This document shows, piece by piece, positions 41,001-54,725 of a stretch of DNA of 64,000 nucleotides. Both the position numbers and the translations under genes were made by a program. The notes under the pieces are model-generated. The model was not told where the DNA came from. It did no database searches and saw nothing but the letters and a program-made list of their open reading frames with translations. The stretch's first letter is position 1; the number at the start of each line of letters is the position of its first letter. The stretch is from the human T2T-CHM13v2.0 reference genome, Homo sapiens: assembly GCF_009914755.1 (NCBI RefSeq), contig NC_060947.1. One strand, written 5' to 3'.

Positions 41001-43140
41001 CTTCATTATTTCCTGTCTGTTGGTAGTTTTTGGATTTGTTTCCTCTTGCTTCTGTGGCTCTTTTAATTGTGATGTCAGGGTGTCAACTTGAGATTTTTCT
41101 TTCTTTCTTATGTGGGCATTTAGTGCTATAAATTTCCCTCTTAACACTGCTTTAGCTGTGTCCCAGGGATTCTAGTACATTGTCTCTTTGTTCTAATAGG
41201 TTTCACAGAACTTCTTGATTTTTGCCTTAATTTCATTATTTACCCAGTAGTCATTCAGGAGCACATTGTTCAATTTCCACGTAGTTGTGTGGTTTTCAGT
41301 GAGTTTCTTAATCCTGAGTTCTAATTTGATTGTGCTGTTGTCTGAGAGACTGTTATGATTTCAGTTCTTTTGCAGTTGCTGAGGAGTGTTTTACTTCTAA
41401 TTATGTGGTTGATTTTGGAATAAGTGCCATGTAGCACTGAGAAGAATATATATTCTGTTGATTTGGGGTGGAGAGTTCTGTAGATGTCTATTAGGTCCAC
41501 TTGATCCAGAGTTGAGTTCAAGTCCAGAATATCCTTGTTAATTTTATGTCTCATTGATCTGTATAATATTGACAGTGGGGTGTTAAATTTTCCCATTATT
41601 ATTGTGTGGGAGTCTAAGTCTCTTTGTAGGTCTCTAAGAACTTGTTTTATGAATCTTGGTGTATTGGGTGTATATACATTTAAGATAGTTAGCTCTTGTT
41701 GTTGAATTGATCCCTTTTCCATTACGTAATGCCCTTCTTTGTGTTTTTTGATCTTTGTTGGTTTAAAGTCTGTCTTGTCAGAGACTAGGATTGCAATCCC
41801 TGCTCTTTTTTGCTTTCCATTTCCAAATCTTCCTCCATCCCTTTATTTTGAGTCTATGTGTGTCTTTGCATGTAAGATGGGTCTCCTGAATACAGCACAC
41901 TGATGGGTCTTGACTCTTTATCCAATTTGCCAGTCTGTGTCTTTTAATTGGGGCATTTAGCCCATTTACATTTAAGGTTAATATTGTTATGTGTGAATTT
42001 GATTCTGTCATCATGATGCTTTCTGGTTATTTTGCACACTAGTTGATGCAGTTTCTTCATCGTGTCATTGGCCTTTATATTTTGGTGTGTTTTTGCAGTT
42101 GCTGGTACCAGTTTTTCCTTTTCATATTTAATACTTCCTTCAGGAGCTCTTGCAAGGCAGGCCTGGTGGTGACAAAATCCCTCAGTATTTGCTTTTCTGG
42201 AGAGGATTTTATTTCTCCTCCACTTATTAAGGTTAGTCTGGCTGGATATGAAATTCTGGGTTGAAAATTCTTTTCTTTAAGAATGCTGCATATTGGCCCC
42301 CACTCTCTTCTGGCTTGTATGGTTTCTGCTGAGAGGTTCATTGTTAGTCTGATAGGCTTCTCTTTGAAGGTGACCTGACCTTCTTCTCTGGCTTCCCTTA
42401 ACATCAAGGTTCTTAGCTTCTTTGCATTGGGTTAGAACATGCTCCTTTAGCTCAGTGGAGTTTGTTATTACTGACCTTCTGAAGCCTACTTCTGTCAATT
42501 TGCCCATCTCATCCTCCTTCCAGTTCTGTCCCCTTGCTGGATAGGCATTGTGAGCATTTGGAGAAGAGGCACTCTGGCCTTTTGGGTTTTCAACTTTTTT
42601 TTGTTGTTGATTCTTTCTCATCTTCATGAGTTTGTCTAGTATCCATCTTTGAGGCTGCTGGCCCTTCTATAGGGTTTTTGTGGGGACTTTTTTTGGTGCT
42701 CTTGTTGTTGCTTTCTGTTTGTTTTTCTTTCAATGGTCAGGTCCCTCTTCTTTAGGGCTGCCGCAGTTTGCTGGGGGTTCATTTCAGGCCCTATTCATCT
42801 GGTTCACTCCCGTACCTGGAGATGTCACTCGAGGAGGCTGGAGAACAGCAAAGATGGGTGCCTGCTCCTTCCTCTGGGATCTCTGACCTTGGGGGGCACC
42901 AACTGCCTCCCTTGGCTGGGGGGCTGGGGGCTCCCTTGCCCCATATGGCTCCCACATGGGCCACCACACCACACTGTTCTTCTTTCCTCTCTGTGGGTCA
43001 CACCAGCCGCCTAGTCAGTTCTGATGACAGAACCTGGATACCTCGGTTGCCATTGCAGGATCCACATGCTGTTATGGTTCTTTTCGATGGGAGCCTCTGA
43101 TTGCTGCTGGTTTTAGTTGGCCATCTTGGCCCCACCCCCC
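38067..43140 (-). mobile_element. L1PA8-like element with both ends intact but internally deleted (~5.1 kb); ORF1 and ORF2 disrupted
   Basis: Poly-T at ~38064; ORF2 fragments (MMTESNSHITILTLNVNGLNAPIKRHRL, KSPGPD, SLFAD); ORF1 fragments (KPIRL...LSAET.QARREWGPI); 5' end GGGGG..GCCAAGATGGCC; TSD taaaggttt at 38058-38066 and 43143-43151. Confidence 0.95.
43119..43130 (-). promoter_or_regulatory. YY1-type motif at the L1 5' end (internal promoter)
   Basis: ggccatcttggc is GCCAAGATGGCC on the minus strand, ~10 nt from the element start; activity unknown. Confidence 0.7.
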
Positions 43141-43759
43141 AATAAAGGTTTCATTCTAAGCCCCACTGCTTCAGCCTCAAGTAGCTCTATTAGTGCAAAA
43201 ACAAACTATTGTACTGCAAAGTAGGGTGCAGCAGAAGGATGTGCTTGTTGCCAAGTTATTTCTATTGATAACATAGTAGTATCTATGTCATCAATAGATA
43301 ATAGAGTTTGCTAATAGATATCAGTAGTGGCTAAGGGTTTGAATACCCCCAAGTAAAATTCAAAGAAATATTTTTAAAGAGGCAAAAATACATTAACAGT
43401 TTTTAACTCTTTCTTATAACAAAGCCCAGTTCATACTACTGTAAACAAATTTTAAAATCTACTTTCTCACCTCTCATTCACATTTTTTCCCAGTGATCAA
43501 ACATTTTAATCACATAGAAAAGTACCAAGAGTAATATAACAAACATCCATAAATCCACCAAGGGATAATAATGAATGTTAACCTTTCATTATATTTGCTT
43601 ATATTTTTTATTAAAGAATTAAAGTATTACAGTTGCTCTTGAAACCCCCTTCTTACTGCTTCTAAATTCTGTTCTGCTCCTTTGCTCCCTGGAGGCAACC
43701 ACTACCTTCAAGTTGGCATGTATTCTTTCTGTCAATTACTTGAAGACAGCAAGCTGTTT

Positions 43760-44130
43760 CTTGCTTCAAGGCCTTTCTAAGCGCTCTTATCTCTTGCTGG
43801 TATGCTCTTCTCCACTCTCTTCACCTGGATATCACCTGTTTATCCCTCAAGCTTCAGTGGAAATGCTGCATATTCATAGAGAGCTTTCTATCCTCTCTAT
43901 CCAAACTGTACTCATCCTGCTCCATCATGAATTCTAATGGCACCCTCTCATTTTATACAACAGTACCTATAACAATACTTACCTAGTTGTATGCTTATTT
44001 GTATGTGTATTGCTTGTTTATTTGTGAAGCCCAACTACACTGTAAGATTCATGGGGGCAGAGACCATGTCTGCCTCATTCACCATTGAATACATTGCACT
44101 TAACCCAGTTCCTTACACGGAGTAAGAAAT
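43760..44130 (+). mobile_element. L2 3' fragment
   Basis: 'ctacactgtaagattcatgggggcagagaccatgtctgcctcattcaccattgaat'. Confidence 0.6.
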
Positions 44131-47023
44131 AGAAAAATTTTTTAAAGGACAAATCAAAATAATCTGACAATCAATATAATCCATAATAAATTCTCAATAT
44201 TTGGCTACAATCATAAACTCAGCCAATGTACTTTTACATTTCATTTGAACCTCATATGTGGCATTGTGCAAATAAATGACAACTTGAAGCATTGGGTAAT
44301 TAAGACTACAAGTTATAGTACATGCCTTGTAGGAATCTAAAGCACTAAGATGTATACATGTATTTTAAATTTTATAGGTGATATAACTGTGTTCCCACAG
44401 ATTTTAATGTTTTAAAAAATCTTAATTGGCAGTAATTGCACTATTTACATGTTAATGAACAACACCTGGCCCCAGCTGAGTATAAAGAGGCTGACAATGA
44501 TTTTCTCTCTTCTCCCTGGCAAAGAACTAAGCATATGCAATTTTAAAGAGACCTGCCTGCCAGGAATAACACATTCATAATTGGTAGGACAATATGAAAT
44601 TAGTTTGCATATTTCACCATTCTCAAAAAAATGCATAACATTTTTCATGTTTAAAAAAAGCTTTATGATTCAAAGAGGACCTTATTTCCTACACTTGGTG
44701 ATTATTCACAATCATTAAATTATTCCTGTCAATGAATGTGCCAGAAACTGGCTAAATGGAAGCCCAAGTGGCCTCCTATAATAACGGCCCAGTTCCTGGC
44801 TTAATACCTTGAAAAAACTGAGTTTCCTTTGAAGTCATTCAAAATCTATAATTAAATATGTTAATTTCCTGGTTCTACTATCCTATGATATTCTAAATCA
44901 CTGCAGTTTTGATTCCATTTCCCCCTACAATCCTAAAACCAATGAAAAGGTTTTCAAAAATGACTTCCAATAACAAAAATTTCTTCCACTAACAAAGAAC
45001 GAAAATTCTTCTTCCTAAATTTTGTATATCATCACCTGTGAACCAACAGACATTAACAAGGACCACAAGAAGATGAAAAAATAAGAACCAAGTTCTCCAA
45101 TTGTTTGTTTTCCTAGAATTATATTTTACCAATAGATATAACAAAGTTTGACACTGCTATTCTATTTCGAGATATAGACAAACCAACCAACAAGTAGTTA
45201 TTGAGTGCTTGGTATCCTCAGTGTTATAAGAGGTGCTTTGTGGAGGGAATAATGGATGTACAAGTAGAAGAATTCACATAAAGATGTTTATAATATAGTT
45301 TGCAATTAAAAATACAAAAAAAAATTGCAAAATGGCATTGGTTTTTGTGACCTAGGGAGTATTTTCAATTCAGAGGAGAGAGAGTGTATTCAGGCAAGTC
45401 TTCATAAAAAACCCTGTGGAGTGAGGGTGGGAGAAAAAAATTTAGTGTCTTCCATGTGTTGGTAAATATGCTAGCTGCTTTATCTCATTTATCTTACTCA
45501 AAGTCGCACAATTACTAAGACCTAGTAAGAGCTGGGACAGGAACTCAGATATGACAATATGTGTATTGCTCTCTCAGCTACATGCTAGCCTTGAAGGATG
45601 GCAAAAACAGATAAGGTGAGAAGAATAACATGAGTAATGGGAGGAATAATTTTGAAATGTGTTGTGCTGAGGAGATTGCTGCAATAGCAAATACGTTGAG
45701 GAGTCATAGAAAATAACAACAAATAGGCATTAATAGAAGCAATATATAATAGTTCTAACCTTGAGAGCCTGGAAAAAATTTGAAATTCATAAAGTAGAAA
45801 TTCAAGTCAAATGAGTTATGTGGTAAAATGGGCATACTAGTTTTTCAGAGGCTGATAAGATTTAAAAAAGTGAAAGAGGAATGAAGTATCTATGGACTAA
45901 GCCTCCAGACCTGCCCTGGCACCAGATGGGAAAGCATAGCCCTTGTGCAGTGAACTCAATGTGTGTCCCTGCTGGATATCTACAGTGGCCGTGGGCCCTG
46001 GATAAATGTCAGTGGCAAGCAGGCCTCAGCAACCATGGGGCTTCTGCTGCACCCCAGCACTGCCCCCAACTCAGCCACAGTACTACACCGACTACAGTGG
46101 TCCCTGGCATAGGGCACTCCCCTAGCACCACAACGGCCACAGCCATGCCAGGCTTAGGGACCAGGCCAGAGGGCCTGCTGGAGTCTCCGGAAGGGCTTAT
46201 TATTTAAAAGCATTCCCAGGCAAAGCCAATTTAAAAAAACTGGAATAAGTAACTATTTCTTCAAATATGCAAATATCAACATATGGCCACAGAGATCAAG
46301 AACAATCAGAGAAACAAGACATTATTAGGGAGACAAAATAAAGTGCCAGTGACTGGCCATAAAAAAACAGAGATATACAAACTACCTGGCAAAGAATTCA
46401 AAAGAACTATTTTAAGGAAGCTCAGCCACATTAAAAAAATACAGATAAATAATTAAAATAAATGAGAAAAACTGTAAAGTAACCAGAATAAGAAATTTAA
46501 CAAAGAGATAGAAATAATTTTTAAAGAATCAAAGATAAATCCTGGGGCTGAAAAATACAATGAAAAAAACGCAATAGAGAACATCAACAACAGAATTGAT
46601 CATGCTGAAGAAATAATATGTGAACTTAGATTATTTAAGAGTATCTAGTCAAAGGAGAGAAAAAAAGAATTAAAAGGAATGAAGAATGTCAATGGGATTT
46701 ATGGAACAGCATTGTAAAAGCAAATATTTGATTCATTGGATTTTAAGATGGAGAGAAGAAAGATAGAAGAGTAGAAAGCTTAGAGAAATGATAGCAGAAA
46801 AACGTCCAAACCTTGAGAAAGATGTACATCCAGGTACAGGAAAGTCAAAGGTTTCCAATCAGATTCAATCCAAATAACACTACCTCATGACATATAATCA
46901 AATTGTCAAAAATCAAAAACAGAGAGAATCCTGAAAGCAGTAAAAGAAAAGAAGCAAAGAACAAATAAGGAAGTTCCAATACACCTAGCAGCAAACTTGT
47001 TTGCAGAAACGTTACAGGCTAGG

Positions 47024-47672
47024 TGTGTTAGTCCACTTTTGCATTGCTATAAAGGAACACTTGAGACTCCGTAATTTATAAAGACAAGCAATTTAATTAG
47101 CTCATGGTTTTGCAGGCTCTACAGGAAGCACGGCATCAGCATCTACTTCTAGTGAGGGCCTCAGAAAGTTTACAATCATGGTAGAAGGCAAAGGGGAAGC
47201 CAGGGTATTATGTGGTGAGAGCAGGAGCAAGGGTGGGGGAGGTACCATTTTCTGTGTTAAATCTGTTCTTGCATTGCTATAAAGAAATACCTGAGGCTAG
47301 GTAATATATAAAGAAAAGAGGTTTACTTGGCTCATGGTTCTGCAAGCTGTACAGGAAGTATGGCAGCAGTATCTGCTTCTGGTGAGGGCCTCAGGAAGTT
47401 TACAATCATGGCAGAAGGCTAAGGAGGAGCTGGTGTATCACATGGTGAGAACAGAAACAAGAGAGGGCAGGGGAGGTGTCACAGTCTTTTAAACAATCAG
47501 ATCTTACATGAACTCAGGGCAAGAGCTCATTCATTACCATGAGGATGGTGCTAAGTCATTCATGAGAAATATACCACCATGATCCAAATACCTTCCACCA
47601 GGCCCCACATCCAACATTGGGGATTACATTTCAACATGAGATTTGGAGGGGACAAATATCCAAATTCTATCA
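47024..47672 (-). mobile_element. MSTB-like MaLR remnant: half LTR (47024-~47243), ~10 bp of internal end, full LTR (47253-47672)
   Basis: Two LTR starts (tgtgttagtcc, tgtgttaaatc); one shared TSD ctagg (47019-47023) / ccagg (47673-47677) in L1 ORF1. Confidence 0.85.
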
Positions 47673-48261
47673 CCAGGAGAGAGCTGTATGATATATGCAA
47701 ACTGCTGAAGTAAAAGAACTGCAAGCCAGCAAGCTGTCCTTTAGTAATGAATGAGAAGTAAAGACTTTACCAGACAAATTAAAGCAGAGGGAGTTCATAA
47801 CCACCAGATCTTGTTTACAAGAAATGCTAAAAACTAAAGGAAAAGAATGTCAATGAATAACATGATATCATCTGAAAGTATAAAACACACTGGTAAAAGC
47901 AAATACAGAGTCAAATTCAGAATAATCTAAAACTATAATGGTGGTGAGTAAGTCACTTATACTTTAGTATGAAGGTTAAAAGACAAAACTATTAAAATAA
48001 TAGCTACAATAACCTGTTAAGTGGTATGCAATATAAAAAGATGTAAATGGTGACATTAAAAAATCAAAATGTGGGGGGAGTGCAGTAAAAGTGTAGAGTT
48101 TTTAAAAATTGTCATCAAAGTTAAGTTGTGATAAGCTTAAAATAATCTGTTATGACTGCAAGATATTTTGTAAGTATCATGGTACCCACACAGCAAAGAC
48201 ACACAGTAGATGCAAAAAAATACAAAGTAAGGAATCAAAATATATCACTAGAGAAAATCAC

Positions 48262-48263
<2 letters not shown>

Positions 48264-48304
<41 letters not shown>
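48264..48304. repeat. (AC)~20 perfect microsatellite
   Basis: Uninterrupted AC run inside the old L1. Confidence 0.97.
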
Positions 48305-48307
<3 letters not shown>

Positions 48308-50055
48308 GAAGGAAGGTACCAAAGAATCTACAAAACTACTAGAAAACAATTAACAAAATGGCAGCAGTAAGTCCTCACCTTGAATGTAAATGGATTAAAT
48401 TCCTTAGTCAAAAAACAGAGTGTCTCAGTGAATAAAAAACAACATTCAGCTATATGCTGCCTACAAGAGACATATATAATCTATAAGGACACATATAGAC
48501 TGAAAGTGAAGTGGTAGAAAAAGATGCTCCATGCAAATGAAAGCCAAAACAGAGCAAGAGGAGCTATAATTACATAAGATAAAATAGACGTTAAGGAAAA
48601 ACTATAAAAATAGACAAAGAAGATCATTATATAAAGATAAAGGGGTCAATTTAGCAAGAGGATATAACAGTTGTACATGTATGTGTACCCAACATCAGAG
48701 CACCTAAATATAAAAGGCAAATATTAGTAGAGCTGAAGGAAGAGATAGACTGCAATACAACAATAATAGGAGACTTCAACACTCCACTTTCAGCAATGGA
48801 CGGATCAACCAGGCAGAAAATCAATAAGGAAACATCAGACTTAAACTGCACTCTAGGCCAAATGGACCTAACGGACATATTTAGAACATTTCATCTGACA
48901 GAAGCAGAATGTGCATTCTTCTCAACTTCACATGGAACATTCTCCTGGATAGATATGTTAGATCATAAAACCAGTCAACAAATTTAATAAGACTGAAATC
49001 ATATCAAGTATCTCTTCTGACCTCAATGGTATAAAACTAGAAATGAATATCAGAAGAGACTTTGCAAAATTCACAAATACATGGAAATCAAGCAACATGC
49101 TCTGGAATAACCAGTGGGCCAATGATGAAATTAAAAGGGCAATTTAAAATTTTCCTGAGACAAATGAAAATGGAAGCATGAAACATAGCATGCCAAAACC
49201 TACAGCATACGGCAAAATAATTTCTAAGAGGAAAGTTTATAGCAATTGATAACTACATCAAAAAAGAAGAAAGATCTCAAATAAACAGCCTAATATTGCC
49301 TTAAGGAATTGGAAAAACAAGAACAAACTAAGTCCAAAATTGGCAGAAGGAAGGGAATAATAAAGAACTAGCAGAAATAAAATAGAAATTATAAAAACAA
49401 CTGAAAAGATGAATGAAACAGAGGTTTTTTTTAAAAGATAAAATCAACGAACCTTTAGCTAGACTGAGAGAAGACTCAAACGAAAATCAGACATGAAAAA
49501 GACATTACAACTAGTAACACAGAAATACAAAGTTTCATGATATGATTATGAACAATTATATGTCAACATATTGGATAGCCTAGAAGAAACGGATACACTT
49601 TTTGATACATTCAATTCAATTATTCATGAATAATGAAGTCATAGAAAATCTAAACCGACCAATAGAAAGTAAGGACATTGATTCTGTAATAAAAAGTCTC
49701 CCATCACAGAAGAACCCAGGACCTGATGGGTTCACTACAAAAATCAAACAAGGACACAGCAAAAAAGAAAACTACAGACCAATACTCCAGGTGAACACAG
49801 ATGCAAAAATCCTCAATGAAATACTAGCAAACCTACTTCAAAAGCACATTGAAAATGTTATTTACCATGATCAAGGGGATTCATCACAGGAATGAAAGGA
49901 TGATTCAACTTGTGCAAATCAGTTAAATTTGATACATTACATTAAGAGAATAAAGGACAAAAACATATGATAATTTCAATAAAAGCAGAAAAAGCATTTG
50001 GCACATCCTTTCATGATAAACAATTTCAACAAATTAGGGATAGAAGGAAAGTACC

Positions 50056-50226
50056 TGTATTAATCCTCACGCTGCTATAAAGACATACCTGAAACTGAGT
50101 AATTTATAAAGTAAAGAGGCTTAGAGGCTTAATCGACTCTGAGTTCTGCATGGCTGGGATGGCCTCAATAAACTTACAATCATGGTAGAAGGTGAAGGGG
50201 AAGCAAGGCATATCTTACATGACAGC

Positions 50227-50270
<44 letters not shown>

Positions 50271-50448
50271 CAGGAAGCACCAGACACTTATCAAAATGAC
50301 CAGATATTGTGAGAACTCTATCACAAGAACAGCAAAGGAGAAGTCTGCCCCCATGACCCAATCATTTCCCACCAGACCACTGCCCCAACATGTGGGGATT
50401 ACAATTCGAAATGAGATTTGGGTGGGGACACACAGCCAAACCATTTCA
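50056..50448 (-). mobile_element. THE1D/MSTA-like solo LTR containing a (GA)~20 tract (50228-50268)
   Basis: tgtattaatcc...aaaccatttca; perfect TSD gtacc at 50051-50055 and 50449-50453. Confidence 0.9.
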
Positions 50449-53389
50449 GTACCTCAACAGAAGAAAGACCATATATGACAAACTCACCTTTACATCATAC
50501 TCAATGCAGAAAAATTGAAATATCTTCCTATGAGATCTGGAAGAAGACAGGGATGCCCACTCTCATCTCTTCTATTCAACATAGTACTGAAAATTCTATC
50601 CAGAATAATTAGACAGTAGAAATAAATAAAAGGCATCCAAATTGAAAACAAAGAAGTTATGTTGTTCCTGTTTGTAGACATGATCTTATATATAGAAAAT
50701 CCTAAAGCCACCACCTAAAAGCTGTTAGAACAAATAAAGGAATTCAGTAAAGTTGCAGGATAAAAAATCAACATACACAAATCAGTAGTGTTTCTCCAAC
50801 TTAATGAGTTATCTGAAAGAGAAAGAAAAACAATCCTGTCTACAATAGTTACAAAAAAATACTTAGAAATAAATTTAACCAAGGAGGTGAAAGATCTCCA
50901 CAATGAAAACTATAAAACCTTGATGAAAGAAATGGAAGACACAAACAAATGGAAAGATAGCCTGTGTCCATGGATTCAAAGACTTAATACTTTAAAATGT
51001 TTATTCTACCCAATGCGATATACAGATCCAATATAATTCCTACCAAAATACTAATGACATTCTTTACAGAAATAGAAAAAAAATTCTAAAATGTATATGG
51101 AATCACAAAAGACCCCAATTAGTCAAAGCAATCTTGAGCAAAATGAACAAAACTGGAGTCATCACCCTACTTGACTTCAAAATATATTACAAAGTTACAG
51201 TAACCAAAACAGCTCAGCACCAGCAATTTCAAAAAGACACATAGACTAACATAACAGAATAGAGAGCCCAGAAATAAACCCATGGATTTATAGCCAAATG
51301 ATTTTTGACAAAGGCAACAAGGGCACACAACGGGGAAAAGACAATCTCTTCAATAAAGTTGTTAAGAAATCTGGTATCCACATGCAGAGGAATGAAATTA
51401 GGGCCTTACCTCATACCATATAGGGAAATAAATTCAAAGTGGATAAACTATAAAATGACCAGGATAAAACACAGGGAAAAATCTCCATAATATTGGCTTG
51501 GGCAATGATTTGACCTCAAAAGCACAGGCAATCAAAGCAATAATAGAAAAATGAGATTACATCAAACTAAAAAGCTTCTGCATAGCAAAGGAACCAATCA
51601 ACAGAATGAATATACAACCTATAGAATGGGAGAAAATATTTGCAAATTATAGATCTGATAAGGGGTTAATATCTAAAATATCTAAGAAACACAAACAACT
51701 CAATAGCAAGAAAACAAATTACCTGATTAAAAAATTGGCAAAAGGTCTGAATCAGTGTTTCTCAAAAAGTCACACAAATGGCCAACAAGTATATAGCAAG
51801 ATGCTGAACATCACTAATCATCAGGGAAATGCAAATTAAAACCACAATGAGATATCACCTCACTCCTGTTATGATGGCTATTATAAAAAAAGACAAAAGA
51901 TAACGAGTGTTGGCAAGGACGTGGAGAAAAGAAAACCCTGACAAACTATTGGTGTGAATGCAAATTAGTACAGTCATTATGAAAACCAGTATGGAGATTT
52001 CTCAAAAAATTAAAAATAAGACTGTCATATAATCCAGCAATCCCACTATGGGGTATATATCCAAGGGAAATAAAATCAGTATGGCAAAGAGATATCTACA
52101 CTCCCATGTTCATTGCAGCACTATTCACAATAGTCAAGATATGAAATCAACCTAAGCGTACACTAACAGATGAATTGATAAAGAAAATGTGGCATATATA
52201 CACAATAGAATACAATTAAGCCATGAAAAAGGAAATCCTGTCATTTGAGACAACATGGATGAGCCTGCAGGACATTATGTTAAACGAAATGTGTGGAATC
52301 TAAAAAAGTTGATCTCATAGAAGTAGAGAGTATAATAGAATGAAGACTACCAAAGTCTGTGAGGTTGAGAATGGTTTTTCCAGAAGTGAAAATTGTATTT
52401 TCTGAGCAGATGTTGGTCAAAGGATAAAAACTTACAGTTAGATAGGAGGAATAAGTTCAAGAGATCTATTATGAAGCATGGTGATTACAGTTAATGACAG
52501 TATCTTGTATTCTTGAAAAATGCTAAGAGAATGGATATGGTGTTTTTACCACAAAAATGATGACTATGTGGGGTAATGCATATGTTAACTAGCTAGATTT
52601 AGCCATTCCACAATGTGTATATCCTTCAAAATCTCATGTTGTACATGATAAATATAATTTTGTCTGTCAATTTGAAAATAAATGAATAATAAAAATTTGA
52701 ACAAGCTAAAATAAGATAGCATTTAATGTATCATTATGAATAATTTGTTAAAATATTGATATGTGTCAGGAAAGAAAAGAAACAAGTAATCTCAATTATT
52801 GCTAAATATGAAGATTTATTTTACATTCCTATAGATCCATGCAACTCTAACGTCTATCTAGCAAATGTCATGAATTTGTCAGTATGATTAGTGATAGTAT
52901 CATTATCACAAAACTTGATAACTTTTTATAAATCACTTTTGGGAAAAGACTTTCAAATTGTTTCTACAAATCAGAAACAGAGATCACAATAAAAAAAATG
53001 CTGAAGGACTTCATTGATCCTTCTTATTCTATTTTTACCTTTATATGAATAGACTGTGGTAACAAGGAAAAATGTTTTTCCTTCCTCATATGCCAGTTTT
53101 CCAAGTATACAATGAGCACATATATAAAATCATCTTTAGAATTAAAAAATGTAAATTAAAAATGGAAATACATGATGTAAGAAAGTAGTTTGGATTAAAA
53201 TAAGTAAAACCACTAGAACTTTCTCAACTACAGCCCAAATGAGCCAGCCAATTTAGAAATTCTTAAAAATAGAACTTTTTTTTCTTTAGATTTCTTGATT
53301 AACAGGTATAGCTTGCTTTTTCCAGGAGGGGCATTTTTAAATTACATGGAACATTTAAAAAAACAATTATACACACTCACACATACCCA

Positions 53390-54330
53390 CAGAAATGATA
53401 AAAGACAAATAACAAACTGGGAAAAGTCTTTGTAAATCAAATCCCAAATAAATGACTACTACTTTACTTAATATATAAATAGTATCTACAAATCAATAAT
53501 AAAAGACCAACAATCCAACATAGTAAGCAATCTGAATGATTTACAGAAAATGTAATATTACTGACTTTTGAACATATGAAAAATGGCTGCCTCTCCTTCA
53601 TAATAAAATAAATGCAAAATAAAAATACAGCAATATTGGATTTAGTGTTTATCAGATGGGCAGGATTAAAAAGTTTGATAACACCTTATGTTTACAAGTA
53701 TTTGAAGAAACAAGTACTCTCACAAACTGATAATGGGAATTCCAATTTATCAAACTTCTATGGAGGGCAATTTGACAATATTTGTCCAATATCATTAATA
53801 TTTATCAAAATAAAAAATGCACAGATACCTAGGAAGAAATTCCACTTCTAGTAATTTACATGTGTAAAGGCACACACATAAATATATTAACTACAGTATG
53901 TTTTTGTAATAACAAATCAATGAAGCCAACTTAAATTTCCATTGAGAAGTACTGGTTAAATACATTATAGTACAGTTGTGCAACTGGAAACTCAGCAGCT
54001 GTTAAGTGACAAAATGCAAGATGTTGAATAGTGAATACAGTTTGCTTCTATTTGGGCAGAAAAGAGGCAAATATCTGCATATGTGATTGTATATTTACAG
54101 AATATCTCTCTAAAGGTACTTTAGAAACCGGAGGGAGTGGTGGCTTTCAGAGAAACTGGGGTGAGGGAGATATTTGCCTTTACTGCATGCCCTCTACATT
54201 AGGTTGAACTATAAAAAAATGCCAATATGCAACTTTTTTGACATAAAAAAGCAGCAATTCCATATGGTTCAAAAAATACCAGAATAATTTCTACCACGTG
54301 CATGTGCTACCTATTACAAAAAAAAAGAAG
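53390..54330 (+). mobile_element. Ancient L1ME 3' fragment
   Basis: 'aaaagacaaataacaaactgggaaa...tacaaatcaataa...tatggagggcaatttgacaata...aattccacttctag...ctggttaaatacattatagtaca'. Confidence 0.65.
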
Positions 54331-54481
54331 TGTCTTAATGAAAGCTGCATTGCATGAGAATGATTTTATTATTTCTTAACAGAATTAGTATAGTGTCATC
54401 AAATGAATTTAAGACCTAGTCAATTGTATAGATGGCTGAAGGATAGAATGGCCAAGAGGGAGACAGCATAGTTTACCTTTT

Positions 54482-54725
54482 GGGAGGCAGTTGTAGTGCA
54501 GAAGTTAACAGCTTCATTTCTAGAGTCAGGCTGCCTAGGTCTGAATCCTTGCTATGTGACCTTGGACATGCTAAATAACTATACCCCAGTTTCATCTGCA
54601 CAATGAAGATAGTGCCTAACTTACTAGGCTATGTTAGGACAAAATAGACATAATGGATAATGTGTTTGGAACAATGCCTGATACAGAGTGCTCCATGAGT
54701 GTTAACTGCTGTTATCGTCATCACC
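54482..54725 (+). mobile_element. MIR SINE
   Basis: 'tctagagtcaggctgcctaggtctgaatcct...gctatgtgaccttggaca...cagtttcatctgcacaatgaagata...ggaacaatgcctgatacagag'. Confidence 0.75.

Larger units (their letters stand above)
45885..52695 (+). mobile_element. Old near-full-length L1MA (MA6/7-like), decayed, with MST and THE1/MST LTR insertions
   Basis: ORF1-like region ~46300-47850; ORF2 fragments ([48 protein letters not shown]); L1MA-type 3'UTR 'cagttagataggaggaataagttcaagagatctatt...gatttagccattccacaatgt'; 5' boundary approximate. Confidence 0.85.

Noticed and set aside
38216-42627. Reverse transcriptase, endonuclease and ORF1 peptides as an active retroelement
   Set aside because: Many stops, frameshifts and internal deletions; the element is dead
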